Positions 37,072 to 50,324 of a stretch of 64,000 nt of DNA are shown piece by piece. The notes under the pieces were generated by a model. That model saw only the letters and a list, made by a program, of their open reading frames with translations. It was not told the origin of the DNA and searched no databases. Each line of letters starts with the position of its first letter. The first letter of the stretch is position 1. Origin of the DNA: Callorhinchus milii (lineage: Eukaryota). The DNA is taken from NCBI RefSeq assembly GCF_018977255.1, contig NW_024704743.1:44146001-44210000 (forward strand), in the 5' to 3' direction. The position numbers and the translations under genes are program-made.

Positions 37072-39266
37072 AGGGGGGGGGAGAAGGGAGGGGAGGGATA
37101 CACATAGCACTAGCACACACACACAGCACTAGCACATATACACAGCACTAGCACATACATACACACAGCACATACATACACACACACAGCACTAGAACAT
37201 ATACACAGCACAAGCACAAACACACAGCACTAGCACATATACACAGCACTAGCACATACATACACACAGCACATACATACACACACACACACAGCACTAC
37301 CACATACACACAAACAGCACTAGTACATACACACAGCACATGCACAGCACATACACACACACACACAGCACTACAACAACAAGATTACATTTGTATAGCA
37401 CCTTCCACTTCCGGAGGACGTCCCAAGGATACACATACAGCACTAGCACATACACACACACACAGCACATACACACACACAGCACTAGCACACATACAGC
37501 ACTAGCACATACACACACACACAGCACATACACACACACAGCACTAGCACACATACAGCACTAGCACATACACACACACACAGCACATACACACACACAG
37601 CACATACACACATACAGCACTAGCACATACACACACACACAGCACATACACACACACACACACAGCACTAGCATACACACACAGCACTAGCACGTACACG
37701 CACAGCACTAGCACATACACACACAGCACATACACACACAGCACATACACACACACAGCACTAGCACATGCACACAAGAAATAGCACATACACACACACA
37801 GCACTAGCACATATACACACACAGCACTAGCACATATACACACACAGCACTAGCACATACACACACACACACACAGCACTAGCATACACACACACACACA
37901 GCACTAGCACATACACACACACACAGCAGATACTAGTGCTGGTGTGTGGTGTGTGTGCTCGTGCTGTGTGTGTGTGTGCTAGTGCTGTGTGTGTGTGTGT
38001 GTGCTCGTGCTGTGTGTGTGTGTGCTAGTGCTGTTTGTGTGTGCTAGTGCTGTGTGTGTGTGTGCTAGTGCTGTGTGTGTGTGTGTGTGTGCTGTGCTGT
38101 GTGTGTGCCAGTGCTGTGTGTGTGTATGTGCTGTGTGTGTGTGCGCTGTGCTGTGTGTGTGTGTGTTGTGCTGTGCTGTGTGTGTGTGTGCTAGTGCTGT
38201 GTGTGTGTGTGTGTGTGTGTGCTAGTGCTGTGTGTGTGTGTGCTAGTGCTGTGTGTGTGTGTGCTAGTGCTGTGTGTGTGTGTGTTAGTGCTGTGTGTGT
38301 GTGTGTGTGCTAGTGCTGTGTGTGTGTGTGTGTGCTAGTGCTGTGTGTGTGTGTGTGCTAGTGCTGTGTGTGTGTGTGTGCTAGTGCTGTGTTTGTGTGT
38401 GTGTATGTGCTGTGTGTGTGTGTGTGTGCTAGTGCTGTGTGTGTGCTAGTGCTGTGTGTGTGTGCTAGTGCTGTGTGTGTGTGTGTGCTAGTGCTGTGTG
38501 TGTGTGTGTGCTAGTGCTGTGTGTGTGAGAGAAAAGCAGATAAAGGCCTTTAGCACATCAGTTATTGCTCACTGACTGATTTTTCTGTTGCTAGTCACTG
38601 ACTCGGAACTGATACAACCCCCCTTAATGCACACACAGACACACACGCTCACACACCACGCACATACACACACAGTCATAATAAAAATGTGAGCAGCAGC
38701 CGGTGTGTGGCGTGGGGGGTGGTGGTTGAAAAGCTGCTTTAGTTTTGTTATTTCTGTATCTGACTTGGCTTATCAAATGTAGGACTCATCTTCCTCATTT
38801 TCTTCTCTCTCCCCCGCCCCCCCTCCACCCCAGCACATCGTCGACACTGTTTGTGTAATTAATCTTGGGATTAATGTGTGGTCACAAACATAAACACACC
38901 ATCACCCTGGTGTCCGTTTAGCTCCGCATAACGTAATTGACTTCCTTTGTCAATATTATGAGACGTGTTGCAAACTTGAGCACTGGAAAGGTGTAATGTT
39001 GACTTAACAATTTCACAAATGTTTTGCAACCTGTCAAAAGTGTCTAATCTTGAATGGCTGCACATACTTGAATATGTATTTTATCATGTTTACTCTTTAA
39101 AATGAATGTAACGTTTAAAAAATTGCAATAAATGGGATACATTGTACAATGCCCTTTCAAAGAGTTGAAACCGTAAGGTTTTCTAACTTTGTTTCTTGTA
39201 TGGGAGTGCAGATGTAAAAAATAATGTCCATTTAATTTATTTGTTTTATATTCCCGAAGGAGCAAG

Positions 39267-39442
39267 ATGTCTTGTGAGTCGCAGAGGGCAGATGATAGCC
39301 CCAGTACCAGTAGTGGCAGTTCAGATGGTGATCAGCGCGAAGGTTCTCAGCCAGAGCAAGAGAGAGAACAACCACAACCCAAGAAAAAAGATGCCAAAAT
39401 TTCCAGCAAAACTGCAGCTAAACTTTCAACTAGCGCTAAAAG
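39267..39442 (+). CDS. UBE2E2: Ubiquitin-conjugating enzyme E2 E2, first coding exon (176 bp of CDS; exon probably starts at about 39260)
   Basis: Manual translation gives [58 protein letters not shown](R), which matches the UBE2E2-specific N-terminal extension (human [25 protein letters not shown]...[16 protein letters not shown]). Acceptor ttcccgaag at 39251-39259; donor AG|gtaggt at 39443. This frame is not in the ORF track. Confidence 0.96.
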
Positions 39443-42400
39443 GTAGGTCTTTCTCAAAACTGATTGTTTTGTTTGATGTAGATGTACGCGCAGGAAGACA
39501 GTGATTGTCAAAATAACCATCTTTTTGTGTCTATCAGAAAAATAAAATCAGAATGGGTTTGTCACATCATAGCTGTCACAAGTCAATTTATACAACTACT
39601 TTGCACTATTTTCAGCGGGTAGCTCTATTTTTAAAATAGGAAATCATCACTTAATCTATATAGATTTGAGATTTTTTACAGCCCCCCCCCCCACCCAACA
39701 ATTTTTTTACTATGAAGAATTTAAACAATTTGAATTGATGTTGGCAGGACATGGAATTGGACTAAATTATGTTCTGGGATTCTTGAAAATAAAACTGCTT
39801 TTTTTATAAAAAAAACTTTTTTGAAAGACCTCCATTCCTTTAAAGTTGATGGTCCTGGAAAGTGCTAAAACGGTGATGACTCAGTTACCAGTTATTTCAT
39901 ACAAATATATATTTTTCATTTCTTAAGTAGTACTTCTGCTACCCATAAGGGCTGTTATTATGCACCTGGCTTGACTGCTCAGATTAAAATTGATCATTCT
40001 CAGCCTACAATCTTACCATTTCCTAAATAGCATAGGAATCCAGCAATGGATAAATTATGCACACTGTTGCAATGATAAAGTAGTCAAGATCTGGTTTAAG
40101 GAATTGATTCTTTAATTAATCCAAACCAAACTTGAAAAGTAAATTCATCCTTCTGATTAGTTTTAATGGTGCTATAAATCAAGAGATGGACCTCTGGAGG
40201 TCAGAATTTGTTGAACTAGAATACATATCAGATAGACCTACTGCAGGGGATACCTTTTTCCTAGATGAAAGATTATGTTTTATATGTTGTTGCAGGTGTT
40301 TGATTCTGTTTTTCTGTCTGAAGTTGCTACTTCTACCTAAAATTGATAAATAATGTTAAAAATACACTCTTAATATCTACACACATCAGTTACCATATAT
40401 GAAGTGTTTACTGATCTCAGTCAGATTGTTAGTGTCAAGTCTTTGTGGCAGACATTTCAATTTACAGTGCTTCTAATCGTAAATCTTCTGAATTTACATA
40501 ATTGTTAAACAGAACAAAAAGCATCTATTTGTATTCTAATATGCTCTATTATAAAGCAGCAGGAACACAGATTTCACCCATAACATTTCTGTGTCAGGTG
40601 TATAGCCTTTGTGAAATAGCAAGTGGAGGCTGTGTTTTTTTCTCAAGGAAGGAGAGAGAATCATATTCTTGTACTTCTCTTCCACCATACAAACATACAT
40701 GTACTATTTGCTAAATATATAGCAAACAGTATTTGGTTGAAGTTTGGGATTAGGTCAGCATTTTGTTTGGGAAAGTAATCTGTGTGGTAAATTTTAAATG
40801 TGGGATTTTTTTCGAAAAAGCTAGAATGCATTCAACTGGAAAATCTAGTTCCATATTGATAGTGAGCTTTCTTTCTTGAAGTTGCAATCACAGACGTACC
40901 TGAAATAACTGCATTGCAAATGATTCAGAATGGCGCTGTTTAGCGGCTATAAGACGCGCAGTAATGATACTGTATCTTGTTCTTTTTAAATCACTGTTGT
41001 AGTAGAGCCTAAATTTGTCGCATTTATTTCTGCCAAATTGCTTTCTGAGGCCAATCTAAAGTGGGGCAAAGCAGTGTACTTTGGTAAAATATGACCCCAC
41101 AATTGCCCACATAGATTTCAAGCTGACCTAAAGCTGTTTTAAGAGAAGGGCACATAAAAAAAGATGTGCAATGTTTACTCCATTTATTATTTCAAAATGA
41201 AATCTCAATCAGTTTAATTTCAGAGGAGGAGGAGGAGGAGTGTGTAACTTGGGATTTACATAAAGTTGGTACAAAATCTTGATGCGACTAGTTTCATAAT
41301 GTCCAGCATATAAATTAAAAATAATATTTATTAAAAAAAACAAATTTTATTTCAGATAAACAATCAGCATCTAAAATAGAAACATAGGCAAATGCTTTGG
41401 GTGTCGACTCTTATCTTCATTCCCTATGAGCTCTGAGATAAAGTCATGAAAGATTTAATTTTGAAATATGAACAGTAAAAGTTGCAGGCTTTCTTTTTCA
41501 TATTTACATGTCTCCCAGGAATTACTTTTCTTGGCATCTGTATGGGAATATGTTTTGTCAAGAAGACCATCCTACTACTCTTCTCCACTGTGTTTTAATC
41601 TCATGAAGCAATTTGGTTAAATGATTGTAATAAATGTGATTTTAAGCTGTACTATAAATAGTGTAACTCCGGGTTCCTGTTTATAGAGTACCAGCTCTAG
41701 TGTTGCTTTGAAATTCATGGCCAGATTTGATTTAAGGGTTTTACACTAAAAAATTATTCTGAAATTCAGACCATGCTTTAGTACAAAATTTAGACTACAT
41801 TCTGCTCCCATTGTGCGGTAACACTTTTTGGTATTGATAAAGTTAGAAAACCGTTCTCTTGTTAAAGTCTCCTCTCTTGGTTGTAGCACAACAATTTAAA
41901 TCAGTACTAACTGCTTGAAATTTTATGCATTCTCACGTACTGCCAAAATGCAGGGTGAAAGGTTAACCTAATATTTTTGTACTCTCTAATTGCTGTCAAA
42001 ATGTGTGGATGGTGTCCATCTTTCTGATTCTTCTGTGTGGTTTTATCAGTTCACCAAAAATGAAAATTGTTCAGCTCCAAAATTTGCCCGAATTTAACAC
42101 TATTTGGGAGTGTTGATTGTAGCTCCCTACTGCTGGTGTAGAGGGAGGAGAATCGAGATTCCATTGATAGACTACCATCAAACCCAAAAATGCTAGCATT
42201 GCCAAATGTCCCCCTCAATTAAAATTCGCAGTAAAATACTATCCATTACAGTGCAAAGAGTGTTGCCTTTTCAACATTTTCTTTCCTGAATGCCGCTTCT
42301 GTTTTAGGCTAATTTTGTAACACATGTACTAAAGACAACCTAATATCTCTCTTTAAACTATTTAAACTCGCAGCGCCTTGGGATGTCCTCCTGACGTGAA

Positions 42401-44199
42401 AGGCGCTTTATAAATGGAATCTTGTTGTTGTTGTTGTTGTTGTAAACTATTAATCTATGAAAAATGGTGATCCTCTTCCTGTCTTGTTTACACATGTCCC
42501 AGAGAACAATATACCTTAACTTGGTTGAAATGCAAATAAGAGTTGAAGAAGTGAATGAAATAAAGAGAAACATTAATTTCACACTGTTCTAGAATGTTCC
42601 TGCTGTGCAAGTTACCTTTCATTTAATCAAAGAAAAGTAAATGTATTTATTTTATATGAAATATTGACAGTTAGTCTTATCACCATTGAAATGTAAAAAT
42701 CTTATGGAATCTGATAAAATCNTTTTTTGTGTTTAAGGGCACTCAATATAAACTTCTGTTAAAAGCTGTTATGTGAGCACAGGAACCATTGCATGAATTT
42801 TTCACACATATTTCTTGACAGAAGATTATGAAGGGCCAATTTTAAGTGTGTCATCTTCGCTCAGTTATAACACTCTTGATTCTGGGTCAGAAAGTTGTGG
42901 GTTCATGTCACATCAGTGCTTTGAGCTCCCTGTCTAAAGATCCCATCATGATATCCTGGCCAACAATTCTCCAGAAAACTGGTCATTCACTTCATGGGTG
43001 CTGCGTTTTCCTTCAAATGCATAGTTGCTACACAAGACAACGATTACTTATGAAGCACTTTAAGACTTCTTGTCTCTTTTGGACTTCATAAGTGCTATAT
43101 CAAATGCAAGGATTATTTATTATTACAACAACTCATTTTAACTGCACAAAAATCTGTTATACAGCTAGGTATGACAGCTGGTGTGATCTGTGTTTGCTGT
43201 AAAAAAATATCCCATGCAGCTACGATATAAGTTTGCTTGAAATCCAGTGACAAGAGAACTAAGGATTAAATAAATAAACTGCTGTGCGCAATTGGCTGCC
43301 GCATTTCGCCCACAAATTGACAGTCAATTCCCTTTACAGTCTATTCTTTGAAGTGCTTTGAGAAGTCTAGAAGACATGAAAAGCGCTTTTCTCAAATGCA
43401 AGGATTATTATAATTATAAATATCTATTTTTCTTGCTAACACTGTATTCCCTCAGTCATGCATCAGGTCTCTGGTTATCCAACCCCTTCTGTTTGCTTGA
43501 CCATGACGCTGAAACTTAATTTTTCATCTGGGTAGTGTTTTGGTTTTCAAAAAAATAAACACAATCTTCAAATGATTCTTTGTATCCATATAAATCAACA
43601 CAGTAGTAAACACAACGATGGCCAAGTGTTGCCTTCAACAAGGACGATTAATGGTTGAGGCAGAATTCATATTAAGGAATAAAATAAATATCACAATATA
43701 TATTTTTGAATCGGAAAAGGAGAAGAGTATTGGGGAAAAGGCAGGGAAATTGAACTTAATGGACAACTATTTCAGAGAGCCAGCACAAACACATGGTATT
43801 GAATGGCCTTTTCTGCCACTATTTGTTTCTTCTGGGAAATGATACATTGTACACACCTGCATGAAGCCCTGAAAACTGGATACCTTTTGCTCACTGTCAG
43901 GTATCAATACGTGGTCCATTGTGGTAGAATTGCTTACACAGCAGATTTCTCTTTAACTACAAGCACTGAGTTTAGGCTAACTTTGAAATCTGTGGGAATC
44001 ATCCATCTTTGTGGCATAGCATGTGATTTTGCAGTTGTATTTTCACTGTGTTCAGTTTTTCCCTCTGCTCTCACCATCAGCATCCAGTCCAGTAGATTGT
44101 TTTCTAATCTGCCCAGTTTCCCTTTGGACTATGATGAATGCTTGTGAAGATTTTGACCTTTTCCATTGGCTAGTCTCACATACTTGATTTGTTCATTTG

Positions 44200-45355
44200 T
44201 TAGGAGGTCACAGAAATGGGGTCGGGCAAAACCATTGAGGGCTTTGTAGGTGAGTTCAAAATCCTGGTCCTCTAAAGGATAGGGAGCCAACGGAGTTGGG
44301 CGAGAATGGGGGAGAGATGGGGTCACGGAGTTTGGTACGGAGAGGACACGAGCTGCAGAGTTCTGGATTATCTGCAGCCTGTGGAGGGAGGAGTTGGGAA
44401 GGCCGACAAGCAGCGCGTTTGCATAGTTGAGCCTGGAGGTGGTGAAGGCATGAACAAGAGTTTCAGGGCCTGAGGGGTGAGATAGTGGCAGAGTTGGGCG
44501 ATGTTATGGAGGTGAGGGAAGGCAGAGCGAGTCATGGCTTGAATGTGGGGGAGAAAAAACAGTTGAGGGTCGAACAAGACACCTCGGTTCCTGACTGGCT
44601 GGTGAGTTGTAGTGTGCAACCATGGAGGTTGATGCTGCCAGAGCCTGAAGTGCTGAGGCGCTGGCGCGAGACAATCAGGAGGGCCTCAGTCTTGCTCACA
44701 TTCAACTGTAGGAAATTTGCCCTCATCCAGGACTTAATAATAATAATAATAATAATCCTTGCATTTGATATAGCGCTTTTCACATCGGGAGGACGTCCCA
44801 AAGTGCTTCACAGAACACACTGTAAAGTGAATTGACTGTATATTTGTGGGCGAATGCGGCAGCCAATTGCGCACAGCAATGTCCCACAAACAGTCATAGA
44901 CTGAAAACGACCAATTTATTATTGTTTTTGGTTTTTGGAGGGATTATTATTAGGCGTGTGGAGTAAGGAAACTTGCCCAAGGTTTCGCCCTGCCGGGAAT
45001 TGAACTTGATGTCTGACAGGCAGTCTGTGAGGACAGCAGTGGTCCTGGAGATGAGGTTGGAGGCAGAAAGATAGAGTTGGGTGTCATCCGCATACATGTG
45101 GAAGTTGACCCCATGTCTGCGGATGATGTCACCAAGGGGCGGCATATAGATATTAAAGAGGAGAGGGCCAAGGACAGAGACCTGGGGGACGCCAGATGTG
45201 ACAGTGCGGGGGCTGGAGGAGAAACAGTTAGAGGCAACAAAGTGGAGACGGTGAGAGAAATAGGAATCTAACCAGGCAAGGGCAGGTCCGTGTAGATTAA
45301 GTAAGGAGAGGTGGTGTATGAGGATGGAGTGGTCGACCGTGTCGAAAGCGGCATA
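44200..45355 (-). mobile_element. L2 RT-region fragment split by a SINE
   Basis: AAFDTVDHSIL...GVPQVSVLGPLLFNIYM...YADDTQLY...SDIK|SWMRANFLQLNVSKTE; the frame resumes across the SINE. Confidence 0.93.
44736..45005 (-). mobile_element. 5'-truncated SINE nested in an L2
   Basis: Truncated within the B box; ACTT is repeated at both junctions. Confidence 0.92.
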
Positions 45356-45834
45356 CAACTCTGATATCAAAGGTGTTTACAGAGCCCCTTTATTGGGCAA
45401 ATAGATGAATCAGCATACAGGTATCCAATTCCGATGAACCCCTTGTTCACTCCTGGTGCTCTATTTATATAATTTCATTCAGGATCTTTTTCTAGGTGTC
45501 CCAGCAAGTGCCTGATGTAACAGTATTATCAAGCTCTATTCACATGTTCCACTTATCTTCACTGTGCTCTAGAAAAGATCTTGATGTATCTTAAATGGAT
45601 GCAGCAGATATTATATGAGTGGGTGCATATAACATGCAAAAATGCTTTTGAGTTTCAATTTTATTAAAATGTTTGAATATAATATTTATTTGCATTTTGG
45701 ATCCACTCTACAGTGCAAAAATGACTTTGAAAAATGAAAACTAGGTTCACTTCTCTTCTAATGTCATATTTCAATAAATAAGTACAAGAAATTTGGATGC
45801 CTTTTGAATGCGTTTGCCATATGTTTTTCTGTAG

Positions 45835-45885
45835 GATTCAGAAAGAACTTGCAGAGATCACGTTGGATCCTCCTCCCAACTGCAG
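45835..45885 (+). CDS. UBE2E2: UBE2E2 second coding exon (51 bp), start of the UBC domain
   Basis: tttttctgtag|GATTCAG...AACTGCAG|gtaag translates to (R)IQKELAEITLDPPPNC(S). Phase 2-2, compatible with the previous exon. I did not find the next exon (SAGPKGDNIYEW...) in the window. Confidence 0.97.
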
Positions 45886-48109
45886 GTAAGAACAGTTGTT
45901 TGTTTAAAATATGTGCTTTTGTTGGATTGTTGTACAGATCATATTTCACTGAGGTAATATTTCTTCTTGGTCCTTTTGCAAGCTTGTGAAATATTAGAAG
46001 AATTGTTTGCATTGACAAGTTGTGTGATTTCCAGAATTGTATGGAAAAAAGATTGAAGTTGATGAAGTCAGCAGCAGTGAATAAAGAGTTATGTGTCTTG
46101 TTCTTGAGCATTTTTGGCACTGTTTGATTAGGATGTGCTTTCTATTTGCTATTTAAATCTTTCTTTTAAAATAAGATATGGCTAGAACTACGTTATGAAC
46201 AGGGAATTCACGAGTTTGAATCAATGCTGAGTTCTCTGGTGTCAGTTGGGCTGTGTGGGAACTTAAGTTTCCCCAGGCTTGGGGAGGGGAAAACCAGCTA
46301 AGTTTCTGCTCCTGGTTGCTCTTCAGAATCCTCTACGTGTGGTGTGTGACAGTGAAGAGAGATTAGGCTTGGCTATGATTCCCTGTGCAATTGAGTGGGA
46401 ACTGCTGACCTTTCTTTCCTCGCCCTTCCCCCCCTCCCACATAGCATAAGAAAATTAGGCACTGGGAGCAGAGGTATATGCCAATGGGAGAACATTTTTC
46501 AAAAAAATGGATAAACTAAATTAGAAAGTTTATCATTGTTTTAAGAAATGAGTTTTGGTTGTAACCATTTATTCACTATCTAGAAGTCTTATGTTTTATT
46601 ATGGTGATCAATGCTAATATCAATGTGCTACTGTTTGACTTACTGCAGTTGACCTTTACTGTATGTTGTTCTCAAACATTACAATTTTGATTTGAAAGTT
46701 TTGATTGATTAGTTTTTCAGCATGGCATCTTTAACATGTGTGGCCTGCTGCTTGAACATATTTTGTTTCTTTCATTGAGTAACTTGAGAGCTATACGTTT
46801 CAGGTTCTTTTTATAATTGGTATTTCAACAGTAACTTTTACAAAAGGACTGCAGTGCCATGTTCTTGTCTTGTGCGTAAAATGGTTAGTAAGACATTGAG
46901 GCTTGTTTCACGTTTAAGACCTTAGAATTTAAGGGCAGTAATGTAAGTAGTATGTTTTGGCAGAATTAAGTTATGCTACTTTGATCAACATTTTAAAAAT
47001 GACTTAAACTAATTATTGTTGAAGGAAATGTTTGACACCAACCTTGAAAGAGCAATCTGCTATCTGAATTCAATTACGATGAGACTCCAATGTGTAATAA
47101 ACATGTTGTATTGTAATGTTTTAAAATTTTGCACATGGATTGACATTGTACTGTCATTATTCTGATTCATCCGAAACTGGATTTCAGCAGGCATAGAAAG
47201 TAGTTGAAAATCAAAATAAATGTATTGCTTTTGATTTGCATAAATGTTTCTGTTATAGAAATTAGAAATATTCCTTATTAAATAGTATGTATGAGTACGC
47301 TGAATAAAATCTAACTTGAATATAAGTAACCAGTGAAATGTGTTACTATTGATTGTGGAAGGATTGACCAAGGAAATGTTGAGCAAAATTTACAATTTGA
47401 CTTTTAAGTGATGGAATATATTCTTTGATTTTTTTTCATTAAACCGCTCTGCGAATTGCATTTGTAAAGACATTATTGAAATGCGTGTTTCAGGAGTAAC
47501 GATTTGTTCACACACATTTCATCTGTAAACTATAATGAGGATAAAGGAAGTCTGAATGTGATTACAAAGGAGTTACAATCAAGTGGTTCAGAGAGTCTCA
47601 AAAGCGTGAAGAATGAAAGCTGAGGTGTTTATAACTACCTTCTGCATTCTGGATGTGATTGCAGCTTTAAAATTACTGTCATGTGTATCATTCTGCTCAT
47701 TATGTACTTTAGTCAGTTAGTGAGGGTATTTTTATTCAATCCTTTTTATGCTTCTGGGCAGACTAGGGAACTGTACCTGTCTCAGGTATTAATAGCTGGT
47801 GAATTATTTTTGTCCACACTAAAGGATTAACAATTGTGCCCAATAATCAGTGCAAATCTATTTTGTAACCCGTAGTTTACTACTTGATTATTTTATTGCT
47901 AAGCTATTACTGGTCATTGATATTAAAGTGGAACTAAAGTCCAAAGGGAGTATTTTCCCAAAATGCACACTAGAAATGGGGAAATAGGGAATATACGTTA
48001 TATTTTTTAAAAATCCCTAATGTGAGTAATCCTTGCTTCAACACTACTTGGGTGCTGCCTCCTTCTCCTGCCTCCTTCTCCACTGAACCACTGTTACAAC
48101 AACAACAAC

Positions 48110-49235
48110 TGTTAGAAAATAAAATCAGCCAAAATCCGTTTGCAACCAGATATCTGACTGTTTTATTATTATTCGTTCGTTATTCCCCAATATCCCAATG
48201 GGTCAGACCAAAGGCCGGTACAATCAACAGATCTTATAACAGAACAATACCACCGTAGATATCTCGAGTTCAACACTGGTTTCACAGCACACAAGCTTGA
48301 TTCTTCATGCTTTCAGTCTTCTTGCTTACAGCTTTCAATCTTCCATCTGATATCCTCAGTCTTAGTGTTTCCAGCTCTCAGTCTTCCATCTCCCGTACTC
48401 TTGTCTCCGCGACCTGGGACGGCCCCATCTCCCATATCCTTGTCTCCGCGACCTGGGACGGCCCCATCTCCCATATCCTTGTCTCCGCGACCTGGGATGG
48501 CCCCATCTCCCGTATCCTTGTCTCCGCGTCCCGGGACGGCCCCATCTCCCGTATCCTTGTCTCCGCGACCCGGGACGGCCCCATCTTCCGTATCCTTGTC
48601 TCCGCGTCCCGGGACGGCCCCATCTTCCGTATCCTTGTCTCCGCGTCCTGGGACGGCCCCATACAAAAGTTATGGGAACTCTTATACCGATGTTCGTCCA
48701 ATCATGGTGCGGACATTAGATCACGTGGTCGAAATCATGCTGGGTTCACGTGAACACCTCATGGGGTGTACGTGCCTCAGCACACAAACATATTGTCCTT
48801 AAGACCCCTGTTATCTGATGCTTGTTATTTTGTAAGGTGGGATCATTAGTACATTCCTTTTAAGTGACTGGTTATTTCTTATCAGTATCCCGGGATGGTA
48901 CCAAGGTCCTCCAGTTTAAGCAACTTGCTCATTAGCTGCTATTCTTGAGGGTTGCCTTTTGTCGGTTGGCCCTGTCAGAATCTAGCGACTTATTGCTCAG
49001 TCGAGATCCTGTGTCGACTGGTACCTTGGACCGTTACCTCTGTGGGCTTGTTGTCATTTACTGATAAGAGGTGACCCCCTGCCCCTGTCCGTTATTCTTT
49101 CAAAAACAGAGAAAAACAGATGTGTCCTATCCCATGACTGCCAGTCCAGTTGTCCCCCACACTTAACTTAAAAGTTAATCCATTCACAACATCTATTATG
49201 ATTCTAGCAGTGTACAAAACGTGTATATTCTAACA
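48110..49235 (-). mobile_element. Solo LTR of the same family, copy 2, in a UBE2E2 intron and antisense to the gene
   Basis: TGTTAGAA...TTCTAACA termini. 4-bp TSD CAAC at 48106-48109 and 49236-49239. Seven copies of the 39-bp repeat. Inserted into the (AAC)n tail of an old L2. Confidence 0.9.
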
Positions 49236-50324
49236 CAACTTTCATTTATATAGCACCCCTATCACAGGGTAGCAATGCAATGCAATACACCCCAAGCACT
49301 GTACGCCCTTCCAATGAGAAAGTTGCTATATAAATTTGTTGTTGTTGCTGCAGTTGAGTTTCAGCCTAGATTATACAAGTTCATTGTCCTGACTGGGCCT
49401 TGAACCCACAACCTTCTGACTCAGAAGCTAGACCTCTCCCAACTGACACTCAGACACCCACCAGACGCCAACATTATTCCATTTGTTGTTTTGTAGTATA
49501 GGAAGAGGTACAATTTCCAAGAATCTATATTGTAATAATCGGCACCATTAATAATGAAACTTGCTAAAATTGCTTATGCTGACTAAAACCAGGGCTGACT
49601 TTAGGAATTGGCACTTTATCACAAGAATGTTTTAATTTGATGTATTAAACTAAAGACAAGCCTTCTCAAAACTGCTATAGTTTGTGACAACATAATTGGC
49701 TATCAACTTGGCTTAGTTTGTAGCTCTTGCCTCTGAGTCAGAAGTTTGCAGGTTCAAGTCCCAACGGGACTTTGAGATTATGGTTTAGGCTGACGTTCCA
49801 ATGCAATCTTGGGGATGCTGCCCTTCAGATGAGACGTTAAACAAAAGTTCTGTTTGTTCAGGTTGACAGTAAGATCCCATGACAATATTTGAAAGGTGAA
49901 TGAAGTTTTTCCCAGTATCCTGGACAACAATCCTCCAGATAAAATTGATCATTGACTTCTTCGATCTGGGATATTGTGTGCAAATTAGTTGCCTGTAAGA
50001 GTGATTGAAATCAAAAGACAGCTCCAAATGTGGCAGTTCCCTGAATAAATTTGCCTACATAATAGTCACAACACTGTATTAAATCCTGTGAATTGCATTG
50101 AGACTTTTCGATGACATGTTTTGGCTCTTTTATCAAATGCAATGATATTATTACCTTCTTGAAGTTATAAAAAGAGTGAAGATTAACAGTGATTTTAAAC
50201 CTTGTTAATTGGTTGGAGTATACTGTTGTAAATCAAACATCCAGACAGTAGTTTTCCAGAACTCATGGTATAGTTCCTAAAGAAAATATGAGGCAAGTGG
50301 GGAGAAATTTAAACTACGTCTAGA

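Larger units (their letters stand above)
34155..38527. repeat. Compound minisatellite CAGCACTAGCA(CA)n in several blocks (34155-34645, 35816-35910, 36480-36650, 37097-37930; reverse orientation 37931-38527)
   Basis: Directly visible. It accounts for all the Cys/Val-rich ORFs in the track. Confidence 0.97.

Noticed and set aside
34291..38313. Cys/Val- and His/Thr-rich ORFs
   Set aside because: Translations of the (CA)n/CAGCACTAG minisatellite.
39196..39504. 102-aa ORF overlapping the UBE2E2 exon
   Set aside because: A different frame of the real exon that runs through both splice sites.
48380..48660. CRISPR-like regular repeats
   Set aside because: Head-to-tail tandem units with no unique spacers, in a vertebrate context with no cas genes.
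48307..48802. Overlapping repetitive ORFs (LVSATWDGPISHI, SPRPGTAP and similar), also at 10477-10854
   Set aside because: Produced by the stop-free 39-bp VNTR inside solo LTRs. They are open in several frames on both strands, so there is no evidence of coding.
10197..49235. The two LTRs as the ends of one giant provirus or composite transposon
   Set aside because: They are in opposite orientation, each has its own different TSD, and host gene exons lie between them.
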